A DNA stretch of 64,000 bases from Octopus vulgaris (lineage: Eukaryota), in assembly GCA_951406725.2 (NCBI GenBank), contig OX597814.1, positions 140,554,001-140,618,000 of the forward strand. The letters are read 5' to 3'. Shown one piece after another: positions 26,005-39,537 of the stretch (position 1 is the first letter of the stretch; each line of letters starts with the position of its first letter). The translations under genes and the position numbers were made by a program. The notes under the pieces are model-generated. The model was not told the DNA's origin, searched no databases, and saw only the letters and a program-made list of their open reading frames with translations.

Positions 26005-27082
26005 GTAATTTTTTTTATTATTTGATATTCTTTTATATTTTAATTAACAAATCAGAGTTACCTGCTGTGATCCTACCAATCCAGGGTGGTGGATTGGCTG
26101 AACTGCTGCTAAGATGGTCAGGCAAAAAGCCTTGCAATATCTGTTTTATATATCAGCACCACCTGTGAGAACAGTAGTACCGTGTTGTTTTGACTCAAGT
26201 TGGCAGCCTTTCACTTAGATAAACATAGAGAGGGAAGACATAGATGAAGGATTCACGCATTAGCAACCTTGATCAAGGTATAATGCAAATGGCAGAACCT
26301 CCATCTTCATATCTTTCTTTCTCTCTCTACAAGTCTACCGTCCAAGGGAGATAACTCTTATTGGCCTTATTTCCCTTTCTCATCGTTTAATGTCCATCTA
26401 TGTATGCATAGGTAGGACAGATGACAGGAGCCGGCCAAGTAGAGAAACTACCCTAGGCTACTGTGTATGTTTTGACAGGGATTTTACGGCTGGATGCCCT
26501 TCCTAATACCAACCACTCCGTAGAGTGGACTCAGTGCTTTTTGTGTGGCACTAGCACAGGCGAAGTTAGTTTTGGCATGATTTTTACAGCTGGATGCCCT
26601 TTCAAATGCCAGCCATGTTACAGTGTGGACTGGATGCTTCCTTTGTTGCTGTAAATGTATTTTCGCCTCATAGTACCATCTTTAACATCCATTTTCCATG
26701 CTGGCATTGGACAGATTAACAGGGTCCTAAGACTGCATTGTATTCCAACACCTACTTCGGCATGGTTTCTATAGCTGCCTGTCCTTCCTAACCCATTCAC
26801 TTTACAGAGTCTTCTGGCTGTGTGTTTCATGGCATCAGTACTAATGAGGTCGCCATTAATAACATATTTTTTGGCAAATGTAATGAATGAGAAACTTGTA
26901 TTAATTTAATAAATATTTTTTTTTAAAGTTAGTATTCAACTAATTACTTTGAATATAGTGAAATTATAATTACTGTCCCTATGTAGTATTATCTGATATC
27001 ACCTGCTGCTGGAAAAAATTATATCCTAAACATTGTCATGTGACCAGTTTTTTACTGTTTTTTCTTTCTTTTCTTTTTACAG

Positions 27083-27323
27083 CTAACAGATCGCCAAGTG
27101 TTGTGGGCATCAATTGAAGTATTTATCCTTGCCTTAATATTTGTCGTCTGCCTTAGAAAAAGACAGCCCTCTTTACCACCTAATCTGGTGGCAAAGGTTT
27201 TAGATGATCTCCTTCAGACCCAACATTTTTCTCCTAATCGAAGACGTAATTCAGAATCCAATGTTAAACAGTCTTCCGCAAGCCATTGTGAAGTGGTTCG
27301 ACAAAAAAGTGCAGATGACCTCA
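27083..27323 (+). CDS. SUCO: SUCO exon, transmembrane helix
   Basis: LTDRQVLWASIEVFILALIFVVCL followed by basic RKR; ttacag / gtaagt. Confidence 0.92.
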
Positions 27324-27484
27324 GTAAGTTCATTTAAGGTTTTTTTACTCTACAGAACAGGGAATCCTTTTTAACTCAACAATATTTGTAGTTTATTTAC
27401 AAGTGGGGAAACAACATTATTTCATTGAATGATTATAGAATTTTTCCTAAAGATTTCCTAAATAAGATAAATATAATCTTAAAC

Positions 27485-27750
27485 CAGAGGTTAAAATGGG
27501 CAGTACTGCCACCCCCACTTCCCCTGGTGGGGTGGAAAAATCCAGTGAGGGGCATTAAAGTAGGGCAACAATGAATGAGGTGGCCAACAAAAGCAAACAA
27601 AATAAAGGGTTAATTAGGTTAAGTTTTATTTGGGACATACAGTTTTGAATTAGCTTCAGAAAGCGGTTTGTGGTGGTGGTGGTGGTAGGGGCTAGGGCTG
27701 TGGCCTGGTTGCTGAGAGGGTAGCAGCCTGAAAAAGTATGGGAACCATTG
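27485..27750. mobile_element. hAT MITE
   Basis: cagaggtt ... aaccattg, 8-bp TSD tcttaaac / tcttaaat. Confidence 0.7.
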
Positions 27751-28054
27751 TCTTAAATTATTCTGACCTATTTTAGTAGTATTGTCTTAGGAAAGTAAAC
27801 TTTGAAGCTCAGCTGTAAATGGGTGACCCTGTGACAGAGTAGCCTTCCAATCAGTGGGGTGACATCGTTCGGAAACTAAAACAGTGCAAAGCGTATTGTG
27901 ACCAGCGATGTATAACAATATTCTATAATCTGGTTGATCACATGATTTATATTCTATAAACCAAGTCAGGGATTAGCATTTCTGTCTCTTGTAAATATTA
28001 GAACTGGAATTTCTCTTTAATTGTTTATAAAATAAACAGGCACATGACCTAGAC

Positions 28055-28200
28055 CAGTGATGGGCAAACTATGGGGTGCATTACTTTCTGAATGGCATAT
28101 GTGACAATTTTCCTTGAATGTTTTAATTGTGTGACCTGCCTGATGATGAACTGTCTCATGCAACCTGCTTCTCAAGAGGAAAATAAGTTGTCCATGTCTG
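28055..28200. mobile_element. hAT MITE
   Basis: CAG...CTG termini, 8-bp TSD acctagac / aactagac. Confidence 0.75.
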
Positions 28201-28445
28201 AACTAGACCTTAATGATGGTTTTTTTTTTTAATCAAAAATTCAAATAAGATTAGTATTTTTGTAGTAATGTTGCAAAACGCAAATAATTTATTAGTCTTA
28301 TTGCAAATGTCTCTGCAGGAATTTTTGTTGTTGTTTCATTAGAATTTCCAAATTTTAAATTTCTAAGAGCCAGAGTGTGTATCTGATGAAGACGTTATTT
28401 AGTTAAAGGTACCATTAACTAAACTAAGTACCAGACAACTGTTAT

Positions 28446-28781
28446 TTTGTTGCATCTTGGGAGGGTCATTATGCTAATAATAATAATCATGCACACACAC
28501 ACTGATTCTATTTCACTTCATTATTTTATTTATTATTTGGTTTACCATATAGCCTATTAACTAATCAATTTGATAAATTGTTCGGTCATTCAATCAGTCA
28601 GCTAGATTTGTCAGTCTTTTCGTCACCATCTCACAAATGACATGCCCTCAATATTAGTTGATTGATTGATCAAACAATTAATCAAATAGTTAAATGGTTA
28701 ACCAATAAACAAATAAAGAAGTGAATATAACCAGTGCATGTGTTTATTATTGGTAGAATGACACTCCCGAGATACAACAAA
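28446..28781. repeat. Long imperfect foldback (~140-bp arms)
   Basis: tttgttgcatcttgggagggtcatt... pairs with ...aatgacactcccgagatacaacaaa and continues inward. Confidence 0.8.
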
Positions 28782-28919
28782 GTTTACACAAGTTTACATA
28801 AAGAATCTTGCAAACCAAATCAAAAACTGTCAAGGCCATTCACTTAAGACATTTTATTCATTTCCTATGGTTTGTAAACAATTATTTTAGCTCAACCTGT
28901 TGTTATCCTTTCATTGCAG

Positions 28920-28975
28920 TTCATTCAAAAGCTGTACATATTGTGGAACCTACTACACCTTTCTTGCTTGGTCAG
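28920..28975 (+). CDS. SUCO: SUCO small exon (HSKAVHIVEPTTPFLLGQ)
   Basis: ttgcag / gtaagt; IVEP motif as in SUCO tails; phases 1-0 fit. Confidence 0.85.
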
Positions 28976-29747
28976 GTAAGTTGTCTTTTTTCATAACACT
29001 AGAAATATTTAAAATAAATAAAATGTTTAAATTAGAGTAACACATAGTTTATTGCCATAAAATGTGAGCGAAGGAGTCTTTTTCAAAGTAACATGCTCAG
29101 TACAACTGTAACATTAAATCTGAGCATGAATTGACCCGTTCCAGGATAGCAAATTGGTGTATTAGTGTTGGATGAGTTACCTGTTCTAGTCCTTTGTATT
29201 CTGATAGTAATACCTGTACCAACACTGGCGGCAAGCTGTATTGGCCTTGAAGCACAGCCTTTTCCTTGGACAACAATTGGTAGTATGAAGGGAGGTGGTT
29301 TGCATGCATGAACAACTGCCAGTCTTCCATAAAAAGAACTTGCCTCGGCTAGAAATAGCTACCAGATCTCACCCAAATTACGATTACTTGTCTTTACAAT
29401 AAAGGACTCGTGGAAATAAGTAGTTCCATTTCCTAGATGGAAAAAAACAGACATGGTTGTAACTGATCCTACTGGATCATGGTTGACTTAGGGCTAAACA
29501 AACAACAATCAAAAGAAGATGGTCATAAAGAAGGGCATATATAGAATACCTGCTTAACCAACATATTTCAGAAAGGTTGTTTCAAATAATTACTGGAACA
29601 CTCAATGAATGTAAGTTGTAGTTATCTAAGTGAGCTTCTTAACCACACAGCTGAGTATTTTTGTTGCTTGAGTCAAATAGCCCAACAATTTAGTTTTCCC
29701 ACGATACTGGGTTTGGAGCTATGGGGGTGATTAAGAAAAGTATTTAA

Positions 29748-29966
29748 CTCTTTAGCATTTTAATTACTCTCTCAAGTGCAATTTTTTTTTTGTTCACATT
29801 GTTTTGAATTAATCATACATTATCTTATGTCTTTGAGATTTTGATGTAATAATTTATTTTTACAATGACAGGGTAGGGTTAGTGTGAGAGACCAGATCTA
29901 GTCAGTTTGAACATAAAACTAGTAAAATATTTTGGCTGGATATGGGCTGGTTTAAATGCAATAGTT
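29748..29966 (-). mobile_element. piggyBac MITE (diverged)
   Basis: ttaa-ctctttagcatt start; body similar to 18691. Confidence 0.75.
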
Positions 29967-30065
29967 ACAAAAAGAATATTTTGAATAGTTGGTGGTTGAG
30001 GTGTTGATTGTGATAATGAAATTCATTTTTCTCCTTTTTTTTTTTTTTCATTCTTTTTCCCACAG

Positions 30066-30881
30066 ACGAAAGAAGGCAACAAAAAACGGAAGAAAAAGAA
30101 AAACCGATCAGTTGATTTAAAAATGAGTAGTAGTAGTAAGGAAGGTCTTCCTAAAGAGAAGAGTGTTTCAACGACTCAGCTGAATAGCGCTGGACTGTTA
30201 TTCATGGGGCAACCAGTAGAAAGCAGCAGTTCTCCTGCCAGAGATGTTATACATTACAAACAAATTAGGGAACGTGTGGAAGGGGAATCGGGGACTTCGG
30301 TTGGCAGTGTGTGTAGTAGTAATAGTAGTAGTAGTAATAATAATACTGGTGCGTATAGTATTGCAAGAGTAAAAGAGTGCAGTCATGATGCAAATATTCG
30401 CATTTCATGCAGTAAGAGTGATCCAGACTTATATACAAGTGAAAACTCTGCGACAGCATTGTGTTGTTCTACTCATCTCTCAAATCATTCTACACCTCTT
30501 CCATCCACACAAACATCTTTTTCTCTCCCTTCTTCTACTTCAAAAGTTCCACTCATGTGTTCAATCCCAAAGTCTTTCTCTTCTTCTTTGCCTGCTTCGG
30601 TGCCGGCAACACCATCAGCAGAACAATGTCAAATCTTCAACAGCACAAACAGTTTACTGAGAACAAACTTGATAACATATCCTATCAAACAGTCGTCCAG
30701 CCTTTCAGATCCTATAGTTGCTGGCAGTACTGGGCTGGTTAAAACAGTAACGGGAACACATTCCACTACATTCAGAAACAAATACAGATCTTTAGACGTT
30801 GGACAAAAAAATTCTTCAGAAAGAAAGAATGTTAATCGATGCCGCACTCAAGTTCCGTGTGACGGCTTCAGAAAGTTCTGA
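30066..30881 (+). CDS. SUCO: SUCO last coding exon, Ser-rich cytosolic tail, stop TGA
   Basis: long polypyrimidine tract + cacag; TKEGNKKRKKKKNRS in frame with ORF 30123-30881. Confidence 0.9.
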   Translation, partial: TKEGNKKRKKKKNRSVDLKMSSSSKEGLPKEKSVSTTQLNSAGLLFMGQPVESSSSPARDVIHYKQIRERVEGESGTSVGSVCSSNSSSSNNNTGAYSIARVKECSHDANIRISCSKSDPDLYTSENSATALCCSTHLSNHSTPLPSTQTSFSLPSSTSKVPLMCSIPKSFSSSLPASVPATPSAEQCQIFNSTNSLLRTNLITYPIKQSSSLSDPIVAGSTGLVKTVTGTHSTTFRNKYRSLDVGQKNSSERKNVNRCRTQVPCDGFRKF

Positions 30882-31034
30882 AGTGTGACTCTGTTCCCAG
30901 ACTCCCATGGGGTTTACTATTTCTACTAAACACTATTATTATTATTACTCAATACATAAACATTAAAATTTGCTCTCTGCTGTTTCAGTTTTTTTTTAAC
31001 CTTTTTCTTATTGCTTTCTATTAAGATTAACTTT

Positions 31035-31040
31035 AATAAA
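31035..31040 (+). terminator. Candidate SUCO polyadenylation signal AATAAA
   Basis: first AATAAA about 155 nt after the stop (ATTAAA also near 30962); usage unverified. Confidence 0.4.
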
Positions 31041-32257
31041 TTATTTTTTTAAATTCAAGGTGAATGCTAAAAACATGATTCACCTTATTACAAAACACTC
31101 CAAAGATTTCAGCTTATGTTGTCTGGATTTATGGGATCAAATCTCATCTTCTGGTCCAGTAAAATTCTTATATCTATGTGTGTGGTCTTCCATCATCTTC
31201 AGTTTCCGTACCTCTTTTTATACATGTGTGTATGCATTGTCACTATTACTCCATGGTCAGCTGGTTAGCAATAAGAATGACTGTGATACCTCGGGAAAGT
31301 GTCTTTTATCATCTTGTAATGGAAACTGTATAGCAGCTATGTAGGTATGTATGTGCCCTTTGTAACACCAACCACCCACTGCTGGGTGGTTGGTGTTAGG
31401 AAGGGCATTCGGCTGTAAAAACCACACCCAAAACAGACACAGAAGTCTTCTGCCTGGTCAGCTCTTGTTAAACCATCCAACCCATGCCAGCATTGAAGGT
31501 GGATGCTAAACGATGATGATGAAAGATATAAAAATACACACATACCTATGTATATATTTTGTGAATGTAATGTCTATTTCTCTCATACTAGGTTAGGTTG
31601 GACAAGAACACTTTTGAAGCAGGAATTCCCAGCCAGGTGCTATTCCTGTCATCAACATTTACCTGTGTGTCAAACAGGCTTTTTTTTTTTATTCCACAGG
31701 TCTTTAAAAATGCAGAATGATCAGTCATATCAACAAGGAATGTACACATATTGTTATTTTGCTTAAATGAAGCTGTAGAACATTGACATTCATGTGCTTG
31801 CACACACACACACAGTGTATCTGTAAAGTAATGGTGAGATTTCAAAACTGTTGATGTAACTGTATGAATTATGTAGTGTTACCAGTTACATTAATTAATA
31901 GTTTAGAAATCTCCACCATGATTTTACAGACACTATATATATATATATATATGTATATATATCATCATCATCGTTTAGCGTCCGTTTTCCATGCTAGCAT
32001 GGGTTACAATTTGCCTTACAAATTCACTCACAAGTCATCAGTTTAGTAGAGAACTTGTGCCGTGCCATACAGCAGGGGAAAACCCAAAACCATGTGGCTA
32101 CAAAGTGAACTACTTAACATACAATCATGCCTCTGTGTAACAGAACAAACAGAAGAGTAGAACTCAATAAGAATATATGATTTATTGGCTGTAAGATCAT
32201 GTAGAAAACTCAAGGACCAACAGTTTTGTATGCCCCCACCTTCATATGTTTTTTTTA

Positions 32258-32645
32258 TGCTTTTACACATTTCAGTCATGACTGTGGACATGCTGGAGCA
32301 CTGCCTTAAGGGGTTTTAGTCAAAGAAATCGACCCCAACCAGGAATTAGTCTTTGTAAGCTTAGTACTTATTCTATCAGTCTCTTTTGCCAAACTGCTAA
32401 GTTACAGAGACATAGACAAACCAACATCGGTTGTCAAGCAATGGCAGGGGGGGGACAAACAAAGATACACACACATGAATATATATGATGGGCTTCTTTC
32501 AGTTTCCATTTACCAAATTCACTCACAAGGTTTTTCTCAACCTGAGGCTATAGTAGAAGACAGTTGCTCAAAGTGCCACACAATAGGACTAAAACCTGAA
32601 CCATGTGGTTGGGAAGCAAGCTTCTTATCACACAGCTACATGCTC
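32258..32645 (-). mobile_element. SINE, same family as 39538
   Basis: reverse-complement similarity over the full length. Confidence 0.8.
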
Positions 32646-34992
32646 ACGACTTGTGTCACTGCTCAAAAGATCTCAATGAAAACAATATGTCCTGAAACTC
32701 AATGGGTTTGTTGGTTTCCAGTGAAAACTAATAGAATAAAAATAACATGTATGGGTTGGTGATAGGAAAGGTTCAACCCATTCCAGTGTGGAAAAGGAAG
32801 ACATAAATGTTAATGACAATTAACTGGTACTCCATTAGTTACAACAATGAGGAATCCAAATGATCTAGTCAACAGGACCGACTGCCCATGAAATTCACGT
32901 AAGTGACTGAACACTCCACAGACATGCAAACCCTTGATGTAGTTCTCAAGGAGATTCAGTGTGACATAGAATATATGGTTGGCCCTTTGAATTACCAGTC
33001 CTACTTATTTTTGCCATCTGAGCGGACTGGAGCAATGTGAAATAAAGTGCCTTGCTCAAGGACACAATGTGCTGCCAAGTATTGAACTCGTGACTGGATG
33101 ATTGTGAGCTGACTACGCTAACCACTTAGCCACATGCCTTCACAATAACGATAGGCAAAAACACAATTGTTTAACATCTAACCTATATATTACTATTTGA
33201 CATCCAATTTTTTGCATGACTAAAATTGTTTAATTAATGGAACAGTTGTTTTTACAGCTAGATGCTCCTGCATGCCAAAATACATTGAGTCTGCTCTGTA
33301 AAGTGGTTAATGTTACAAAATGTGTCTAGCTGTACTAGCAGCACCACCCTAAGGAAGCTGCAGCACAGACAGGTGGAGCAGTAACTCTGAGTAGAAATTG
33401 AAACAATAGAGTATTCTAGTCCTGTTTGTGACAGGACTAGAGTACTCTAGCTGCTAACGCTCCCAGTCAGTGCTGTTGAGTTATGAAAGGAAGGGCATAA
33501 TCTTCAAAACCATGACATGCCGTAACAAGCTGGTGAGATACTGTAAATCTTTAACCAACCCATTCAAGCATGGAGAAGAAAAGATGTAATAAATTAGGTT
33601 GCTGTTACCTTGAAGCAAATATTGATCTTGTTTATGTTCTTTGAGGTATTCAGGAACAAGTAAAGCCACCACACACATAAAAAACAAATACAGTTTATTT
33701 GGATTATGACTGAATTTTATTCTTATCTTGAAATGAGTAATCATCATCATTTAATGTTGCTTGGTCACCTGGACTACCTGCTCATTGAATTAACCTGTAA
33801 GTGGCTGAGTATTCCACTGACAAGTGTACCATGACTGTAATCCTCAGGTAGAAACAGCATGATAGTGTGTAACATAGATTTACTTTTGAATTACAGTTAC
33901 AATCCATTCAACAGGCTTCTGCACAGTTTCCTTTGACCCAGTTTCACTTGCAAGGCTTTGTGTCAACCTTAAGGCATTGTAAAACACTTAGTAACCATTT
34001 AGCCATGCTGCATCCTACAAAATCATTTAATGTTCACTTTTCCATGTTTGTATGGCTCAGACGGGATTTATTGAGGCACATTTTCTACACCTGGGATGCT
34101 CTTCCTGTTGCCAACCCTTCGCCTGCTTCCAAGTATTTCCTTGGAAGACTGAAAATAAACATGACTTGTATAACTAATGCTCATTACAACCATCAAATGA
34201 TGTCAGGACCTGGGTGCACATACACATGCATGCAATGAGTTTCTTTCAATTTCCATCTCCGAAATCCACTTACAAAGCTTTGGTTGTCCTGGGAATATTG
34301 TAGAAGACACTTGCCCAAAGTGCATGCAGTAGAACTGAACTCTAGACCACATGGTTGTAAAATAAGCTTTTGGACCACACAGTCATGTCTGCACTTTTGT
34401 TGGTTAATTTTACCTTTTCTTGGATATCCAATCTTTGTCCTCTGGAGGACAGGAGTACCACAATATCCATCCTTTCCAAGTTCCAAGATTTTCTCAATAG
34501 ATTGTCTTATTCTTTCACTAGTTTTAATCATTAGGCTTTTTTTTCCCCCCACTTGAACTGTTGACCTTTGCAGGCCCTTTCAAGAGATGGATGCAGTTGA
34601 ATGACTGCAGGAAAAACACAAGCAAGAACGAAATTCAGTGGAATGTTGCCCTGAAAAATAAAATTTGGAATTAAGGAGTTCAGGATGAATGGGCATCTTC
34701 TGGTTGCCGTGAAATCCTTATACGAATGCCCAAATGGTGTGGAGTTGAAACCTTTCTAAGTGGTTGACAGACTTCAGCAGGGGAGTGCATACTGTCGCCA
34801 CCCCTTTTCGTAATTTTTATGAACTGGATTGGCTTGCACAGCCATTGTGGAAATGATATCACTATTGGTGGATGTAGGCAGACCAAGATTGAGATGGTTG
34901 GATTAATGACAGTTGATTCTTATAGGATCCTGAGGAGGAGGGGCTTGAAGACTCTACTCCACCAACCCTCCTAGGAATAGTGGGCAGACACT

Positions 34993-35357
34993 TCTTTTAC
35001 TTGTTTCAGTCATTTGACTGTGGCCATGCTGGAGCACTGTCTTTAGATGAAGAATTCGACCCCAGAACCTAGTACTTATTCTATTGATCTCCTGTGCAGA
35101 GTTACTGGGATGCAAACACACCAACATTGGTTATCAAGTGATGGTGTGGTGGGGGGGGGACAAACACAGACGCAAATACCTACATATATATAAATGCAAT
35201 GGACTTCTTTTCAGTTTCCGTCTACCAAATCCACTCACAAAGCTTTGCTCGGTCCAAGCTTATAGAAGACACTTGCCCAAGGTACCACACAGTGAGACTG
35301 AACCTGGAACCATGTGGTTGAGAAACAAGCTTCTTGCCACACAGTCACTCCTATGCC
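34993..35357 (-). mobile_element. SINE, same family as 39538
   Basis: reverse-complement similarity over the full length. Confidence 0.85.
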
Positions 35358-36398
35358 TATAGATGGATTCATTTTTTTGTTTGGGCTCAAGTAAGGCCAA
35401 AAGGCCACATCTTAAAGCCTTGAACTGACCAATGCCTTGTAAGTGAAATTTAGTGGATGAATATATTTAACAGTTCTTAGGAAACTTGCTCCTTAACCAG
35501 GAGGTCTAGGTTCAGTTCCACTGGGAAGCACCTTGAGTAAGTGTCTTCTACTATAGCCCTGGGTTAACCAAAGCCTTGTGAATGGATTTGGTAGATGGAA
35601 ACTGAAAGGAGCCAATTGTGTGTGTGTTTGTATGTACATATGAATGTATCTTTTGTACATGTGTGCATGCCCTTGTCTAGACATCACATGATGGTTGTAA
35701 ATGAACATTATTTTGCAAGTGTGGTTGTTAGCTTCCAATCTTCTGGGAAAAACATGCTTAGCTATGTGAAGCAGGTGAGGGTTGGTGACAGGAAAGGCAT
35801 CCAGTTGTAGAAAATCTACCTCAATAAATTCTGCTGGATCCATGCAAGCATGGAAATGTGGACGTTAAATAATAAACATGCCAACAGGGACGTGTTGCCA
35901 AGGAATTAAGAACTCAGTAGACGGTCTCACGTTAAACCCATATACTCTATATGCTATGAATTCAAACATCATTGGAGGGTGGGTAAAAGTGCAGAGCCTG
36001 AGCCACATCATAAAATAATAAGTGCAGAAATACGAAGGAAATGAGCTGCCACACTATTGCAACACTTCTATTAAAGCATAAGAATATCATTAACATTTTC
36101 TGCATTTCTAATCTTATGTATGAGGATCTCACAACCTACTCTTTCTTTGTCAGTCACAATACTTATATCGAATGTGACATTTAAGTCCTGCCAGTGATTT
36201 GCAAAGCCCACAGATGCTGCAAGTATGAAGTTGATCCTGTCTCATAACCCAACAAATTTTTCTTGGATTTTCTACACCTACACTTCGGACTATTCTACCT
36301 GGATTTTCTACTCTCCTACCCATGGATTACACTGGACTTTTCCGTTGATGAAGATTTATATATATATATATATGTATATGTGTGTGTATGTATACACA

Positions 36399-36606
36399 AG
36401 GGGGTACTGAAAAGTTCCTGGCTTTAAGGGTATTGTGAAGGGCCTGGTTGTAGGCCCAACCTTCTGAGTTCTTTTACAGGGCTTAGAAAAACTGAAGGAC
36501 TATTGGAATAAGTGTGTGAATCTGAGAGGGGATTAAGTTGAATAAGTTAATTAACTGATTCTTCTGTATTTTCTTTTACCCAAAGTCAGGAACTTTTCAA
36601 CACCCA
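36399..36606. mobile_element. Mariner-derived MITE, opposite orientation to the 17990 copy
   Basis: reverse-complement match to 17990-18204; same TIRs. Confidence 0.8.
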
Positions 36607-36609
36607 CAC

Positions 36610-37525
36610 GCACGGGTTGGCTGAAAAGTTCACAGGCCAACCAAGCTTACTCTCATGGAATGTAACCAAATGAAGTTTATTTTTCAACATAGTCCCCCTT
36701 GTGGCCCACACACTTCTTTCCTCAGTGTTGTAGTGCTTGGATCTCATTGGTGAAGAACCTTTTGTCCTGTTGGTCAAAAATGTCATCAACAGTAGGTACG
36801 ATGTCATTGATCATCACTGTGATACTTGTTCCCAGCCAAATCAGAATAAGGAGGATGATCAACCAGTTCAATAAACACAATGCCTTTAAAAAACTGAGGC
36901 CATCACCTTCCCTTCAGATGAAACAACCTCGGCTTTCTTTGGAACAGGTGAGGAGGGATGCTTCCACCGCATGGATTGTCTTTTTGTCTGACTCAAAGTG
37001 AGGAAGCCAACACTCATCCTGGGTTACGAAATGCTCAAGGAAGCCAGCTGGATCCGCCTCAAACAATGTCAGATTTTGCAGCGATTTAATCAGCCTAGTG
37101 CACTTTTGGTCAGATGTCAGGAGCAGAAACCTTCATCATGCCAAGAACTTCCTGCTTGGGATATGTAATGGTTTCTTCAGTGGTGGTAGTCACAGGATGT
37201 CCATACTTGGGTCACCTTCAAGACTCCCTTCTCCTCCTAAATTCAGCTTTTGCACTGTTGATAAAGCTGGAGTAACCTTCCCTAATGTAGCAACCATATC
37301 AGCATGAATATCCTTGGGGGTTACACCCTTTTACTGCAGGTACAACACCATGATCCCAAATTTTGTCTATTTTCAAGAAGTCGCAACTAGTTACTTTTGA
37401 AGTCTTTTTTGAACAATCTTATATCAGTTTACCTGGAAAGAAACAATGAAATAATTAATAAGAAGGATTGAAATTAATGCATGCAGGATTTCACAGCTCT
37501 AACAACATCATTCCTTCATAGTCAG
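36610..37525 (-). mobile_element. Mariner (Tc1/mariner) relic
   Basis: terminus gggttggctgaaaagttc; minus-strand remnants PKDIHADMVATLGKVTPALSTVQK, AEFRRRRES.EGDP, KKCVGHKGDYVEK*. Confidence 0.8.
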
Positions 37526-37719
37526 CCCACCATCATATATACACACACACACAAATATGTGTGCAAGTCTGAGTGTTTTTACACTGATACTGCTTCAACA
37601 GGAGCTAACTGGAAAAAATAATTAATCTTCAATATTACAAATTCTTTGTTATGCACTTGATCACACTAAACAACATTAATTAACCTATAAAATTAATTCA
37701 CGTAATTATAATGCTTTAA

Positions 37720-37920
37720 CCCTTTAGCATTCCAGCCAAATATTGTTTTATGTTCAAACTGGCCAGATCTAGCTTCTCACACCTGTCCTACAATGTCATT
37801 CTAAAAAATATACAATTACATCATCAAAATGTCTTAGCTACAAGATGATGCATAATTAATTCAAAAACAATGAAGATAAATAAACATTACATTTGACAGA
37901 ATAATCTGAATGCTAAAGGG
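37720..37920 (+). mobile_element. piggyBac MITE
   Basis: TTAA on both sides; perfect 13-bp TIR ccctttagcattc / gaatgctaaaggg. Confidence 0.9.
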
Positions 37921-39108
37921 TTAAATACTGAAACACTAAAAGATGTTACAGAATATAAAGTTTTAAATTTCATGAAACTCCTTACCTTGAATACTCTTAA
38001 TGAGAAGCTTAGCCCTGATTTCATCATCATCATCATCATCATCGTTTAACGTCCGCTTTCCATGCTAGCATGGGTTTCTGAGACATTACACAGGATTGAT
38101 AATGTTAATGTTAGAATTCATATCTGGTTTGCAAGATAAACATTTTTTAAGTTTTACCATGCAGATAGTCCTTAATTAAATCTAATGTTAAAGAGATCTG
38201 ATTAATTGCAAAGTAGTAGAAAACAGGGTCACAATTTTCAATGTGTGATTCTTCAAAAATGAAAAGTTACCTACATTAGGTTGGAAAGTCCTGTCATATT
38301 TCAAGATGGTAAAGAAACAAAAGCGTCTTTGGCTTTAATTGATTTATTTAACCAAGATATTTCTCTTTATTGATAACATTATCCAGTCTATGTGGCAAAT
38401 TGTTCATCCTTCAAGCATACAATTCTTCAGGTTTCGAAGCCAAAAAACATCATTTTTAACCTCTTCACAACTCATAAACTATCTTCCTTCAAAATAATGT
38501 TGCAGTGATCTGAAAAGATGGTATTTGATGGACCATGGTCATGAGAATAAGGAAGAAGCAAATGCCATATTTAGTGTGATAATCATTCCTTGAGAGACTT
38601 GGACAATGTGTGGCCTGCATTATCATATATAAGAGCAAAACCCCTTTACAGTCAGTGCTATTTCTGCAATATTTCCTACTAACAACAATGCATCTCCACA
38701 TCACCTGTTTCAGTTTGGCTTAACACTTCACAATGGACATCCTATATATCCCACAAAACATAGAGCATAACATTTGTTGGGTGTAGTCCTGGTTTGGGGA
38801 GAGATTCTCCTTTATCATTGGGTGTTAACCACTGTTTCTCTCCTAGGATATGATTATGGAAAACCCACTTTTCATCACTTGCGATAATTCTATCCAGGAA
38901 TGGTTCAGAAGCAAATCTACTCTTTAATAACAGAGAGAGGGTAACTTTTTGATTAAGCCAAAATGCAGTCAGATGATTATCAAAATTTAGACACTTTTCG
39001 TAGTCCGTGGAGGTGTTTATGATCCAAGTGTGACTTGAATTAAAGTGTTTTGCTAATTCTTATGCAGTTTGCTTTGGATTCTCTTCAGTTCTGATTTTCA
39101 GAAGTTGG

Positions 39109-39290
39109 GTATTCTTTTCTACTCTAGGCACAAGGCCCAAAATTTTGGGGAAGGGGGCCAGTTGATTAGATTGACCCCAGTATGCAATGACAAAGCCAAC
39201 ATCAGTGGAATTTGAACTCAGAACATAGCGGCAGATGAAATACCACTAAGCATTTCACCAGGCATGCTAACGTTTCTGCCAGTTCGCAGC
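39109..39290 (-). mobile_element. SINE nested in the mariner relic
   Basis: TSD tttcagaagttgg; same head as 8487. Confidence 0.8.
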
Positions 39291-39537
39291 TTTCAGAAGT
39301 TGGATACTACAGAACTTGGTCACCCACGTTACAGGGTATCTGCGAGAGAAAAATTTGCCAAGCAAAATTAGTCAAACCATCATTAGTATGTCCTGACACT
39401 TAAAGCTTCATTTTCAAAGACAGAATGAATATTTCTTGCCAGTTCCATTGCTGAAGAGCCCCTCTTGAATTAACACAGCATGCAGTGTCTGATCTAAACT
39501 CACTTTAAAACAATTAGATACAAATTTTACTACAAAA

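Larger units (their letters stand above)
3603..30881 (+). other. SUCO: SUCO (SUN domain-containing ossification factor) gene span, 5'-incomplete, 16 coding exons
   Basis: Hand-spliced GT-AG exons give a continuous 3877-nt frame (1 nt + 1292 codons including stop). It contains NNYASADCGAKV, WFIVELCE, HYGEEHFCPLTLFRVFG (SUN domain), [35 protein letters not shown] (SUCO coiled coil), one TM helix and IVEP..KKRKKKK. Confidence 0.96.

Noticed and set aside
28383-28415. CTGATGA...aaaGGTACC hammerhead-like string
   Set aside because: Lacks GAAA, the UH site and stem I
36170-36355. Short ggattttctac repeats, possibly a Penelope-type remnant
   Set aside because: Too degraded to support a call from sequence alone
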